64,000 nucleotides of DNA, from assembly GCA_050290185.1 (NCBI GenBank), contig JBNKHE010000001.1, forward strand, positions 514,713-578,712, read 5' to 3'. This document shows, piece after piece, positions 19,248-29,626 of the stretch. The notes under the pieces are model-generated. The model ran no database searches and was not told the origin of the DNA. It saw nothing but the letters and a program-made list of their open reading frames with translations. Each line of letters starts with the position of its first letter. The stretch's first letter is position 1. The stretch is from Pontiella sp. GTDB taxonomy: Bacteria > Verrucomicrobiota > Kiritimatiellia > Kiritimatiellales > Pontiellaceae. Made by a program: the position numbers and the translations under genes.

Positions 19248-20183
19248 ATGCAAACCTCCGTCGTCATCCCGGTCTACAATGAACAGGAAAATCTCCCCGA
19301 ACTCATCCGCCGCTCGCTGGAAGCCTGCGAAAAACTGGAATCCACCTACGAAATCATTCTCATCGACGACGGCAGCCGCGACCAATCCGCCCAAATGATT
19401 TCCGATGCCGCCGAGGAGCACGAAGGTAAGATCATCGGCGTCCTGCTCAACCGCAACTATGGCCAGCACGCCGCCGTCATGGCCGGCTTTTCCCATGCGC
19501 GCGGCGACTATGTCATCACGCTCGACGCCGACCTGCAGAACCCGCCGGAGGAAATCCCGAACGTCGTGGCCAAGATGCGCGAAGGCTATGACGTCGTCGG
19601 AACCATCCGCCAAAACCGCCAGGATTCGTTCCTGCGCACCCTGCCCTCCAAGATGGTCAACAAGGTGGTGCAAAAATCGACCGGCGTGCTGATGCACGAC
19701 TATGGCTGCATGCTGCGCGGCTATACCCGCGAGATTGTTGAGACGATGTGCCAATGCCGTGAACGCAGCACCTTCATTCCGGTGCTGGCCAACACCTTCG
19801 CCCACAAGGTGACCGAAATTCCCGTTGGCCACAACGAACGGACGGACGGCGACTCGAAATACAGTTTCTGGAAACTGATCAACCTGCAGTTCGATCTGCT
19901 CACGAGCATTACGACCTTCCCGCTGCGTGTGCTGAGCGTTATTGGCGGTATCGTCTCCGCCTTCGGCATCGGACTGGGCCTGCTCATTCTCGTCATGCGC
20001 CTCATCCGGGGTTCCGATTGGGCAGCCGAAGGCGTGTTCACGCTGTTTGCCATTCTGTTTGTGTTTGTCGGAGCGCAGTTTATCGGCCTCGGTCTGCTCG
20101 GGGAGTACATCGGACGCATCTACCACGATGTCCGGGACCGCCCCCGCTATTTCGTCCGCAAGGTGGTCGGACGCGAAATTTAA
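19248..20183 (+). CDS. arnC: Undecaprenyl-phosphate Ara4FN transferase (GT2)
   Basis: [27 protein letters not shown], two C-terminal TMs. Confidence 0.93.
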   Translation: MQTSVVIPVYNEQENLPELIRRSLEACEKLESTYEIILIDDGSRDQSAQMISDAAEEHEGKIIGVLLNRNYGQHAAVMAGFSHARGDYVITLDADLQNPPEEIPNVVAKMREGYDVVGTIRQNRQDSFLRTLPSKMVNKVVQKSTGVLMHDYGCMLRGYTREIVETMCQCRERSTFIPVLANTFAHKVTEIPVGHNERTDGDSKYSFWKLINLQFDLLTSITTFPLRVLSVIGGIVSAFGIGLGLLILVMRLIRGSDWAAEGVFTLFAILFVFVGAQFIGLGLLGEYIGRIYHDVRDRPRYFVRKVVGREI

Positions 20184-20204
20184 CTCGTAACGTAAGGAAG
20201 CATT

Positions 20205-22208
20205 ATGAAAGCAGTTGTATTGGCCTATCATTCGATCGGATGCGAAGGCATCAAAGCCCTGATGGGGAGCGGCTATGAAATTGCCGCCATTTTTACCCAC
20301 ACCGATAATCCGAACGAAAACATCTGGTTCGACTCGGTATCCGAGCTCGCAGCAAAAAATGGGATTCCGGTTTATGCCCCGGAAGATATCAACCACGCGG
20401 TTTGGGAAAAGCGCATCCGCAGTATGGCGCCCGATATTATCTTTTCGTTCTACTATCGCGACATGGTCAAGGCGGCCATCCTGGACATTCCGCCGAAAGG
20501 CTGCATCAACCTGCACGGGTCCCTGCTTCCGGCCTACCGCGGGCGCTGCCCGGTCAACTGGGCCATCGTCAATGGCGAAACCGAAACCGGCGTGACCTTG
20601 CACTACATGACCCCGAAGGCCGACGACGGCGACATCATCGCGCAGCGGAAAATCGAAATCAGCTATGACGACTCGGCAAAATCGCTGTTTGAAAAAACGA
20701 TCACCGAAGCCGAAATCCTGCTGGCGGAAACGTTGCCGATCATCAAGGACGGCACCGCTCCACGCACCGAACAGGACGAATCCAAGGCGTCCTATTATGG
20801 AGGACGGAAACCCGCCGACGGGGAAATCGACTGGACGCAGGATGCCGAGACCGTTCGTAATCTAATCCGCGCGGTCACCAAACCCTACCCCGGGGCCTTC
20901 ACCTATATCGGCGACCGCAAGTGCCTGATCTGGCAGGTTTCCACCGATAACGCCAAAGCAGATTCCGCGCCCGGCACCATTCTTTCCATTGAGCCGCTCA
21001 CCGTGGCCTGCGGCACCGGCTGTGTGGTTGTGGAATCGGCCCAGCTCGAAGCCGGCGTCATGTGCTCGGGATCGCAGTTTGCCCAGGATTCGCTGTTGCA
21101 GCCCAACATGAAATTCGGCCCGAACCTGTCGGCCAAGTTCGAAGCGGATCGAAAGAAGAGCATCCTGATTCTGGGTGTGAACGGATTTATCGGCAGCCAT
21201 ATCAGCGACAAACTGACCGCCAGCGGAAAATATGATGTGTACGGCCTCGATCTGCGGTCCAACTATATCGACCACCTGCTGGATCACCCCAACTTTAACT
21301 TCCGCGAAGGCGACATCTCCATTCACAACGAATGGATCGAATACCATATTCGCAAGTGCGACGTGGTCCTGCCGCTGGTGGCCATTGCCACGCCGATCGA
21401 ATACACCCGCAATCCGCTGCGCGTCTTCGAACTCGACTTCGAGGAAAACCTGCGGACGGTTCGCTCCTGCGTAAAATATGGAAAGCGCATCATCTTCCCG
21501 TCGACGTCCGAAGTCTACGGCATGTGCCCGGACGAAAATTTCGACGAAGAATCTTCGCCGCTCGTAACCGGACCGATCAAAAACCAACGCTGGATCTATT
21601 CCTGCGCGAAGCAGATGCTCGACCGCGTCATCTGGGCCTACGGTTCCAGAGGCGAACTTCAGTTCACGCTGTTCCGCCCCTTCAACTGGATCGGGCCACG
21701 GCTCGACACCCTCAAATCCGCGCGTGTCGGATCGTCCCGCGCCATTACCCAGCTGATCCTGAACCTTTGCCAGGGATCGCCCATCCAGCTGGTTGACGGC
21801 GGTGAGCAGAAGCGTGCATTCGTCGATTATGAAGATGCGATCGAAGCGCTCTTCCGCATCATCGAAAACAAGGACGGCCTGTGCGACAGCCAGATCATCA
21901 ACATCGGATATCCGGAAAACGAAGCCAGCGTCCGCGAGCTCGCCGACATTCTGGTTAAGCGGTTCGATGCCCACCCGCTGCGCAGCAAGTTCCCGCCCTT
22001 TGCCGGATGTGTCGAGGTCGAAAGCGGAACATTCTACGGCAAAGGATACCAGGATATGCAGCGCCGGGTTCCGAGCATCAAGAATGCGAAGAAATTCCTC
22101 GATTGGGAGCCGGGAATTTCATTCGAGGAATCCATCGATAAAACCCTCGATTTCTTCCTGCAGCAGGCCGTCGATTCAAACCTGTTCGGCGACGAAGACT
22201 ACAGCTAA
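20205..22208 (+). CDS. arnA: Bifunctional Ara4N formyltransferase / UDP-GlcA decarboxylase
   Basis: [11 protein letters not shown] formyltransferase domain plus ILGVNGFIG and FPSTSEVYG dehydrogenase domain; 667 aa. Confidence 0.96.
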   Translation: MKAVVLAYHSIGCEGIKALMGSGYEIAAIFTHTDNPNENIWFDSVSELAAKNGIPVYAPEDINHAVWEKRIRSMAPDIIFSFYYRDMVKAAILDIPPKGCINLHGSLLPAYRGRCPVNWAIVNGETETGVTLHYMTPKADDGDIIAQRKIEISYDDSAKSLFEKTITEAEILLAETLPIIKDGTAPRTEQDESKASYYGGRKPADGEIDWTQDAETVRNLIRAVTKPYPGAFTYIGDRKCLIWQVSTDNAKADSAPGTILSIEPLTVACGTGCVVVESAQLEAGVMCSGSQFAQDSLLQPNMKFGPNLSAKFEADRKKSILILGVNGFIGSHISDKLTASGKYDVYGLDLRSNYIDHLLDHPNFNFREGDISIHNEWIEYHIRKCDVVLPLVAIATPIEYTRNPLRVFELDFEENLRTVRSCVKYGKRIIFPSTSEVYGMCPDENFDEESSPLVTGPIKNQRWIYSCAKQMLDRVIWAYGSRGELQFTLFRPFNWIGPRLDTLKSARVGSSRAITQLILNLCQGSPIQLVDGGEQKRAFVDYEDAIEALFRIIENKDGLCDSQIINIGYPENEASVRELADILVKRFDAHPLRSKFPPFAGCVEVESGTFYGKGYQDMQRRVPSIKNAKKFLDWEPGISFEESIDKTLDFFLQQAVDSNLFGDEDYS

Positions 22209-22219
22209 CCGGCGACTCC

Positions 22220-23113
22220 ATGAAACTCGGCCTCCGTATCGATGTAGACACCTATCGGGGAACCCGGCTGGGGGTTCCGGCCCTTTGCGATGTGCTGGCC
22301 AGGCATGGCGTAAAGGGCTCGTTCTTCTTTTCGGTCGGACCGGACAACATGGGACGGCACCTGTGGCGGCTGCTCAAGCCGGCGTTTCTCATAAAGATGA
22401 TGCGGAGCAATGCGGCCAGCCTCTACGGCTGGGACATCCTGTTGCGCGGCACCTTCTTTCCCGGCCCCGTCATCGGAAAAAAATGGGCGGCGGAAATCCG
22501 GTGTCCATCTGATGAGGGGCACGAAATAGGCCTGCACGCCTGGGACCACCATGCCTGGCAGGCAAAGATTGATCGCATGAATCCTGCCGCGCAGTTCCGG
22601 CATCTGGACCAAGGCTTCCAGATGCTGCAGGAAATCTGCGGAAAAGCACCGACCTGCTCCGCCGCACCGGGATGGAAGGCCAACGAGGAAACACTGCTCC
22701 AGAAGGAATTGTTTCCTTTCCAGTACAACAGCGATTGCCGCGGCGACTCCATTTTCATGCCGCAAGTCGACGAACGACGGCTCACCCAGCCGCAGATTCC
22801 AGTCACCCTGCCCACCTACGACGAGATCATCGGACGCGACGGAATCACGAATGACAACTTCAACGGCCACATCCTATCGTTGATCAAGCACGGTCAGCTC
22901 AACGTCCTAACCATCCACGCCGAGGTCGAAGGTATCGTATGCCACGACCTGTTCGACGATTTTCTTTCGCAAGCCGCTGAACGAGGCATCGAAGTGGTCC
23001 CCTGCGGTAGCCTGATCGATTCTGGAGCCGAGCAGCCCGCTGACCGCGTCGTTCCGCGGGAGCTGCCCGGACGCGAGGGATGGATCGCATTCCAAAATTC
23101 CACCCAAGTCTAA
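22220..23113 (+). CDS. arnD: Ara4FN-undecaprenol deformylase
   Basis: GLRIDVDTYRGT, SVGPDNMGRHLWRL, HAWDHHAWQ, TIHAEVEG. Confidence 0.95.
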   Translation: MKLGLRIDVDTYRGTRLGVPALCDVLARHGVKGSFFFSVGPDNMGRHLWRLLKPAFLIKMMRSNAASLYGWDILLRGTFFPGPVIGKKWAAEIRCPSDEGHEIGLHAWDHHAWQAKIDRMNPAAQFRHLDQGFQMLQEICGKAPTCSAAPGWKANEETLLQKELFPFQYNSDCRGDSIFMPQVDERRLTQPQIPVTLPTYDEIIGRDGITNDNFNGHILSLIKHGQLNVLTIHAEVEGIVCHDLFDDFLSQAAERGIEVVPCGSLIDSGAEQPADRVVPRELPGREGWIAFQNSTQV

Positions 23114-23175
23114 ACCCTTTCAAAACAAGCTGATAACCAGATTCTAACATTTTAGGGATTGTTAGCGTTCGGTAA
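23111..23175 (+). promoter_or_regulatory. Candidate Pho box upstream of phoBR
   Basis: TAAAC 23111, AAAAC 23122, ATAAC 23133, CTAAC 23144 (11-bp period), then inverted units TTTAG 23151 and GTTAG 23161. Confidence 0.55.
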
Positions 23176-23193
23176 ATGGGGAACATTGTCGGC

Positions 23194-23892
23194 ATGGAAA
23201 AGATCAAGATTCTGGTTGTCGAAGATGAAGCACCGATTCAGGAGCTATTGCAGTTTAATCTAGAACGGAGCAAGTATCGTGTAACGGTAGTGGACTCCGG
23301 CGAGGAAGCGCTGGAAGAGGCGGCCAGGCTCCAGCCCAACCTGATCCTGCTCGATATCATGCTTCCGGGCGCCGACGGGCTGGAGGTGTGCAAGCAACTG
23401 AAGGTCAATTCCAGAACCCGGAACATTCCGATCATCATGCTGACGGCCCTTTGCGAGGAGGCCGACATTGTGACCGGTCTGGAGCTGGGTGCGGACGACT
23501 ACATCACCAAGCCCTTCAGCCCGCGGGTACTGCTGGCACGCGTTAAAGCCGCCCTGCGCCGCATCGAGTCGGCCAAACCGGTTGAAACCGACGGGGAACT
23601 GATCAATATCCACGACATCTCAATTGATGTCGGCCGCCACAAAGTGGAAGCGGACGGCGAAGCCATAACGCTGACCTTCACCGAGTTCAAGGTCCTGCAG
23701 CTCCTCGCCAGCCAGCCGGGCCGGGTGTTCACCCGCTACCAGATCGTCGACGCCGTCCACGGCGACGACTATCCCGTAACCGACCGTTCGGTGGACGTGC
23801 AGATTGTGGGCCTCCGCAAAAAGCTGGGCGATGCGGGACAATACATTGAGACCGTGCGAGGCATCGGTTACCGCTTCAAAGAAGATGATTAG
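23194..23892 (+). CDS. phoB: Phosphate regulon response regulator
   Basis: VVEDEAPI receiver plus OmpR wHTH; adjacent to a PhoR-like kinase and the pst genes. Confidence 0.9.
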   Translation: MEKIKILVVEDEAPIQELLQFNLERSKYRVTVVDSGEEALEEAARLQPNLILLDIMLPGADGLEVCKQLKVNSRTRNIPIIMLTALCEEADIVTGLELGADDYITKPFSPRVLLARVKAALRRIESAKPVETDGELINIHDISIDVGRHKVEADGEAITLTFTEFKVLQLLASQPGRVFTRYQIVDAVHGDDYPVTDRSVDVQIVGLRKKLGDAGQYIETVRGIGYRFKEDD

Positions 23893-23910
23893 CATCTGGA
23901 ACGGCGGAAC

Positions 23911-25701
23911 GTGAAAAAAAGGCATTTATTCTGGTTGCTGCTTCCCTCCTACTGGGTGCTGACTGCTATTGCGATCCTGGTGGTGGCTCTGTATGCCTTC
24001 CATTCGATGAAAAGCCTGTATTTCCAAACTCTGGAAACCGGCATACTCACCCGCGCCACCCTGCTGGCCGAACAGGTCACCCCGCTCGTAGCAAGCGGGG
24101 ATATGGATGCCATCGACCGATTGTGCAAGAAGCTGGGCAAATCCGTCGACACCCGCTTTACCGTGATTCTTCCGGACGGCAAGGTCGCGGGAGACTCCGA
24201 TGAAAACCCCGGCGAGATGGAATATCACGGGAACCGCCCCGAAATCCGGCAGGCACTGGGCGGTGAAACCGGCATGGACCAACGCTATAGCCGGACGGTA
24301 AAACAGGATATGATGTATCTGGCCGTTCCCCTCAGGGATGCCAACAAGGAAATCTGCTGTGCTGTGCGCGCATCCCTGCCGATGACGGCGATCCAGGGCG
24401 AACTGAATACGATGACAAGCCGCGTGGTTGCAGCCTCCCTGCTTACAGGGATCCTGGCGATGGTGGTCTGCATTGTCATGGTGCGCCGAATCACCTTTCC
24501 CCTGCGCGGCATGGGGGCCGCCGCCCGCAGCTTTGCCGAAGGCGACTTCCACCATCGTATCCCCGCCCAGCAGGCCTTCGAACTGGACCAGCTGGCCGAA
24601 TCCTTGAATTCCATGTCCGACCAGCTCAACAAAACCCTGTCCACCTTGAGCGCACAGCGCAATGAACAGGCGGCCGTGCTGACGAGCATGAACGAAGGCG
24701 TGCTGGCCATCGACAAGAAGGAACGGGTTATCCACATGAACCGCGTCGCTGGGGAAATCCTGAATGTAAACCACCAGGAAGCCAAGCGCTCCCTGGTTCA
24801 ACAGACCGTTCGCTTCGCCAATCTTCAGGAATTCATCAAGACGGTGCTGGGTGCGCAAAAACCGCGGTCGCGCGACCTCACGCTGCGCGGAAAAACAGAA
24901 AAACAGATCCAAGCCAGCGGCACGGTATTGAAGAATGCGGCCGGCGATTCCATCGGGGCACTCATCGTCCTGCGCGACGTCACCCAGTTACGCCACCTGG
25001 AAACCGTACGCTCCGATTTCGTGGCCAATGTCTCCCATGAATTGAAGACCCCGATCACCTCTATCAAAGGCTTTGTGGAAACCCTCCTCTCCGACGGATG
25101 GAATCACGATGCAGAAACGCTGCGGTTTCTGGAAATCATCAACCAGCAGGCCGGACGCCTTAACGCCATCATTGACGATCTACTGACCCTTTCCCGCCTC
25201 GAACAGAAAGAGGGTCATGTGATGACCGAGCAGTGCAACCTGGCCTCCACCATCGAATCGGCCATCTATCTCTGCCAGTTGCAGGCCGGCAAGAAAAACA
25301 TACAGATCGAGATGACCTGCCCTCCCGATCTCACCCTTTCCATCAACGGTCCGTTGCTGGAACAGGCCCTCGTAAACCTGATCATCAATGCGATCAAGTA
25401 TTCCGAACCCAATAAGAAAGTGCTCCTGCTGGCTGAACAACAGACCGAAAAGGTAGCGATCTACGTTAAAGACGAAGGATTCGGCATTGAGCACAAACAC
25501 CTCGACCGGCTTTTCGAACGGTTTTACAGGGTCGACACAGCCCGCAGCCGCAAACTGGGCGGAACGGGGCTCGGACTATCGATTGTAAAACATATCATAC
25601 AGGCCCATAATGGACATATCCGGGTCGAGAGCAAGGTCGGCGCCGGAAGCACGTTCATCATCACCCTCCCATTCGTCATTCCACCGGTAGAAAACCGCTA
25701 A
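23911..25701 (+). CDS. phoR: Sensor histidine kinase (2 TM, periplasmic sensor, HAMP, PAS)
   Basis: DFVANVSHELKTP H-box, FERFYRVD, GGTGLGLSIVKH; GTG start. Confidence 0.92.
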   Translation: MKKRHLFWLLLPSYWVLTAIAILVVALYAFHSMKSLYFQTLETGILTRATLLAEQVTPLVASGDMDAIDRLCKKLGKSVDTRFTVILPDGKVAGDSDENPGEMEYHGNRPEIRQALGGETGMDQRYSRTVKQDMMYLAVPLRDANKEICCAVRASLPMTAIQGELNTMTSRVVAASLLTGILAMVVCIVMVRRITFPLRGMGAAARSFAEGDFHHRIPAQQAFELDQLAESLNSMSDQLNKTLSTLSAQRNEQAAVLTSMNEGVLAIDKKERVIHMNRVAGEILNVNHQEAKRSLVQQTVRFANLQEFIKTVLGAQKPRSRDLTLRGKTEKQIQASGTVLKNAAGDSIGALIVLRDVTQLRHLETVRSDFVANVSHELKTPITSIKGFVETLLSDGWNHDAETLRFLEIINQQAGRLNAIIDDLLTLSRLEQKEGHVMTEQCNLASTIESAIYLCQLQAGKKNIQIEMTCPPDLTLSINGPLLEQALVNLIINAIKYSEPNKKVLLLAEQQTEKVAIYVKDEGFGIEHKHLDRLFERFYRVDTARSRKLGGTGLGLSIVKHIIQAHNGHIRVESKVGAGSTFIITLPFVIPPVENR

Positions 25702-25748
25702 CAAATTGCTAACATTTAAAGGTTAGCTTCCTGTTAGGTTTTTGCTAG
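25698..25748. promoter_or_regulatory. Candidate Pho box, two arrays in opposite orientation
   Basis: CTAAC 25698 and 25709, then GTTAG 25722, GTTAG 25733, GCTAG 25744; exact 11-bp spacing within each array. Confidence 0.65.
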
Positions 25749-25787
25749 TTTTCGCGCGCATTTATTAACCGAACCGGGGGAGAGAGA

Positions 25788-27488
25788 ATGGACGTTGACT
25801 TGTTTTTCAAGATTGCCTTCGAGGTGGTCGGCGGGTTGGGCATATTCCTGCTGGGCATGAAATTCATGTCGGAAGGACTGCAGGCTGTGTCGGGTGATCG
25901 TTTGCGCAAGATGATCGGTGCGGTCACCAACAACCGCATCATGGGCGTGCTTGTTGGCTTGGCCGTAACCTGCCTCGTGCAGTCAAGTTCGGTGACCACC
26001 GTCATGGTGGTCGGATTCGTGAACTCCGGCATCATGACCCTGATGCAAGCCATAGGGGTTGTTTTCGGCGCCAACATCGGCACTACCATCACTGGATGGA
26101 TCCTCGTGCTTCATATTGGGAAATACGGTCTTCCCATTCTGGGCATTGCTGCCTTCCTGTTCTTGTTCTCCAAGAATGAACGGGCCCGGTATATCGGCAT
26201 GACGATCATGGGAATCGGGATGGTCTTCTTCGGGCTGGAACTGATGAAAAACGGCTTCAAGCCCCTACGTTCGCACGAAGAATTCAATGCGTGGTTCCAC
26301 GCGTTTCAGGCCACCTCCTACCTAGGCATCATTAAATGCGCCTCCGTCGGCATGATCCTGACCATGATCGTCCAGTCCTCCTCCGCCACACTGGGGATCA
26401 CGATCGGCCTCGCGGCGACCGGCGTCATCGAGTTCCAGACGGCCGCGGCTCTGGTAATGGGAGAAAACATCGGCACCACCATTACCGCCTGGCTGGCTTC
26501 GCTCGGGACCACCACGACCGCCAAGCGCGCAGCCTATGCGCACGTCCTGTTCAACGTACTGGGTACGGCTTGGTTCATTGCCCTGTTCCCCGTGGCGATT
26601 AAAGGCCTCTCCTCTCTGATAGAGACGAAAACGGGCTACAATCCTCTTGAAGTCAAAGTTGCCGATATGGATGAAGCAGAATTCGGACAGATTATCACGG
26701 CAGGTATCGCGTTGACCCACACTTCATTCAACGTGGCCAACGTCATTATTTTCCTTCCATTCGCCGGTCTGCTGGGCAAGCTGGTGACGAAACTCGTTCC
26801 AGAGAAGGAAACCAAGGAAGTCAGCCACCTCACCTATCTCGACGTCCGTATGCTGGATACCCCGTCACTGGGCATTGTTCAGTCGCAGGGACAGCTGAAT
26901 TTCATGGCCGAAAGCGTTGAAGGCATGATGGAGCAACTGCGCACCTGCCTGGAAGAAGGAATCAGTGACGGTAAGCTGGTGACCAGGATATTCCACCGCG
27001 AAGAAATCCTCGATAATGTCCAAAAGGAAATCTTTCTGTACCTCAGCAACATGGTATCCGGCCAGGTTCCGCACGATATTACCAGCAAGGCCCACAGGCA
27101 GATGCGTATTGCCGATGAATATGAATCGCTTAGCGACTACATCACCAACGTGCTCAAGGGTCTCCGTAAAATGGAACAAAATGGACTAGCGCTCGATGGC
27201 CCCGCACGAGAAAAACTGCTGACGTTGCATGATCGGGCAACGGCATATATTAAGCGCGTGAACCAGAGCATGAAGGCGGAAAGCAAGGATGATCTCACGT
27301 GGGCCACCTCCGAAGGCGCCGCTATTGGTGAACTGATGAAGGAATTCCGCCGCCAGCATCTTGAACGCCTGCAGAAGGAAGAGGTTTCTCCGTTCTTCAG
27401 CCTGGCCTTCACCGACATGCTTAATTTCTATCGCCGAATGAAGGACCACTCGCTGAATATTGCCGAAGTGGTGGCTGGCGAGAAATAG
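25788..27488 (+). CDS. Na+/phosphate cotransporter with PhoU-like C-terminus (copy 1)
   Basis: Two QSSS repeats with GANIGTT / GENIGTT; helical C-terminal domain. Confidence 0.93.
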   Translation: MDVDLFFKIAFEVVGGLGIFLLGMKFMSEGLQAVSGDRLRKMIGAVTNNRIMGVLVGLAVTCLVQSSSVTTVMVVGFVNSGIMTLMQAIGVVFGANIGTTITGWILVLHIGKYGLPILGIAAFLFLFSKNERARYIGMTIMGIGMVFFGLELMKNGFKPLRSHEEFNAWFHAFQATSYLGIIKCASVGMILTMIVQSSSATLGITIGLAATGVIEFQTAAALVMGENIGTTITAWLASLGTTTTAKRAAYAHVLFNVLGTAWFIALFPVAIKGLSSLIETKTGYNPLEVKVADMDEAEFGQIITAGIALTHTSFNVANVIIFLPFAGLLGKLVTKLVPEKETKEVSHLTYLDVRMLDTPSLGIVQSQGQLNFMAESVEGMMEQLRTCLEEGISDGKLVTRIFHREEILDNVQKEIFLYLSNMVSGQVPHDITSKAHRQMRIADEYESLSDYITNVLKGLRKMEQNGLALDGPAREKLLTLHDRATAYIKRVNQSMKAESKDDLTWATSEGAAIGELMKEFRRQHLERLQKEEVSPFFSLAFTDMLNFYRRMKDHSLNIAEVVAGEK

Positions 27489-27509
27489 CACAACAAAACC
27501 CTTGTTTCC

Positions 27510-27547
27510 GAAAGGCTCTTCCTCGACAGGAAGGGCCTTTTTCCTTT
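27510..27547 (+). terminator. Intrinsic terminator
   Basis: AAAGGCTCTTCCT-CGAC-AGGAAGGGCCTTTTT. Confidence 0.8.
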
Positions 27548-27639
27548 GTTAGGAGCCCTTGGCGCCAAGCAATACCCCATTATTATGTAGTTTATTCCGG
27601 AGATTTTGATAGCTTGTCGCTCTGAATTTTTAACAGGGG

Positions 27640-29325
27640 GTGCTGGCGGTGGAGTGGCATACGGTTCAGGATATCATTTTCAAGGTTCTCGGTGGGTTGG
27701 GTATTTTTCTTCTGGGCATGAAGCACATGTCCGAAGGGATGCAGGCCGTGGCAGGCCACCGCCTGCGGAAAATGATCAGCGCGGTAACGGACAACCGCAT
27801 CATGGCCTGCACCATCGGCACGCTGATAACCGGCATCGTCCAATCCAGCTCGGTCACGACCGTCATGGTCGTCGGATTTGTCAACAGCGGCTTCATGACC
27901 CTCATGCAGGCGATCGGCGTCATTCTCGGCGCCAACATCGGCACCACGGTCACTGCCTGGATTATTGCACTCAAGATCAGTAAGTTCGGCCTTCCCATTC
28001 TGGGTCTCGCCGCCTTCTTTTTTCTCTTTTCCAAGAAGGAACGCGTGCGCTATACGGCCATGGCCCTGCTCGGCGTCGGCATGGTGTTTTTTGGACTCCA
28101 GACCATGGGAAGCGCGTTCAAGACGCCGGAAGTCAACGACTATCTCAGAACCGTCTTCGCGGTCATGGATGCCGGCACCTACTGGGGTGTTCTAAAATGC
28201 GCATTTTTCGGCATGCTGGCCACCATGATTGTCCAATCCTCCTCGGCGACCATCGGGATCACGATCGTCCTGGCGCAGGGAGGAATCATTGGTTTCGGCA
28301 CAGCAGCGGCGCTGGTGCTCGGCCTCAACATTGGCACGACCATTACCGCCTTTCTCGCCTCGATCGGCACCTCTACCAATGCCAAACGCGCGGCCTATGC
28401 CCATATCATTTTCAACGTGATCGGCACCCTCTGGCTGATTCCCTTCTTCTTCGCCTACGTCAAGGGCATCGAAGCCATCTTTGTCCTGTTGCAGGATTTC
28501 TTTGCCAAAACCCAAGGGGATTGGGACGACATCACTGCCAAAATCGCCATGGTCCATACCGGCTTCAACCTGATCAACACCATCATCTTCCTACCCTTGA
28601 TGAAGCCGCTGGCAAACCTGGTTGAAAAACTGGTTCCCGAAAAGAAGGTCGAGGAGATCCACCATCTAACCTACTTCGATGTCCGGATGCTCGACACCCC
28701 ATCATTGGCCATCGTCCAGTCGAAGGAACAGGTGCTGTTCATGTGCGAGAGCGTCGAAAAGATGACGGATTGGCTCAAGGAGGTGATGAGCAGCGATGAA
28801 CCACTCGAAGAACTGGAAAACAAGATATTCCACTACGAAGGCATCATGGACAACGTGCAGAAGGAAATCGTGGTATTTCTCAGCGAGATGGTCACCGGGC
28901 AGGTCCCGCACGAAGTCATGGAGGAGGCACGCCGGCAAATGCGCATGGCCGACGAATATGAAAGTCTCTCCGACTACATCGTGAACGTCCTGAAAGGACA
29001 TGTTAAGGTGCGAAGCAACAAGCTGGTGATACACGAAGATGGCCGCAATGAACTCATTGCGTTGCACGAAAAGGTCTCGGACTACATCAAGATGATCAAC
29101 GATGCGGAACGGAATGAAAACATGGACATCCTCGGCAAGGCCCAGACCGATGGTGAAGCCATTACACGACAGATGAAGACATCTCGGCGTCAACATCTCC
29201 AGCGGCTTTCAGAAAGCAAGACCTCACCCCTGAACAGCCTCGTCTTTACCGACATGCTCAACAACTACCGCCGCATGAAGGACCATGCCTTGAACATTGC
29301 CGAAGTGATCGCGGGCGAAAAATAG
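27640..29325 (+). CDS. Na+/phosphate cotransporter (copy 2)
   Basis: Same QSSS/GANIGTT motifs; C-terminus YRRMKDHALNIAEVIAGEK nearly identical to copy 1. Confidence 0.93.
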   Translation: MLAVEWHTVQDIIFKVLGGLGIFLLGMKHMSEGMQAVAGHRLRKMISAVTDNRIMACTIGTLITGIVQSSSVTTVMVVGFVNSGFMTLMQAIGVILGANIGTTVTAWIIALKISKFGLPILGLAAFFFLFSKKERVRYTAMALLGVGMVFFGLQTMGSAFKTPEVNDYLRTVFAVMDAGTYWGVLKCAFFGMLATMIVQSSSATIGITIVLAQGGIIGFGTAAALVLGLNIGTTITAFLASIGTSTNAKRAAYAHIIFNVIGTLWLIPFFFAYVKGIEAIFVLLQDFFAKTQGDWDDITAKIAMVHTGFNLINTIIFLPLMKPLANLVEKLVPEKKVEEIHHLTYFDVRMLDTPSLAIVQSKEQVLFMCESVEKMTDWLKEVMSSDEPLEELENKIFHYEGIMDNVQKEIVVFLSEMVTGQVPHEVMEEARRQMRMADEYESLSDYIVNVLKGHVKVRSNKLVIHEDGRNELIALHEKVSDYIKMINDAERNENMDILGKAQTDGEAITRQMKTSRRQHLQRLSESKTSPLNSLVFTDMLNNYRRMKDHALNIAEVIAGEK

Positions 29326-29422
29326 GAGCCACCGCCAACCAACCGGGATATCCACCGCGGATGCGCTGGGTCTTTCTTTGTGCAAATCCAAGCCAAATCC
29401 TGCACTCATCCATTACTAATAT

Positions 29423-29449
29423 TTAACCCCACCCTCATACTTTCCTAAC
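29423..29449 (+). promoter_or_regulatory. Candidate Pho box upstream of the porin
   Basis: TTAAC 29423, CTCAT 29434, CTAAC 29445. Confidence 0.55.
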
Positions 29450-29626
29450 ACATATTCCCCAAACATTTTCCCATGTTTTGGAAGAGAAGCCCGCGCATTG
29501 AAAACCCCATGGAAATCATTGGACAGTAACGTGCGTGTATTCTTAAGTTCTTCCGATATGCAGTCGGGTGTTTCCCGGGAACAGGAGACATCGTTAGCTA
29601 ACAAACCCCAAATGGAGGATGAATAG

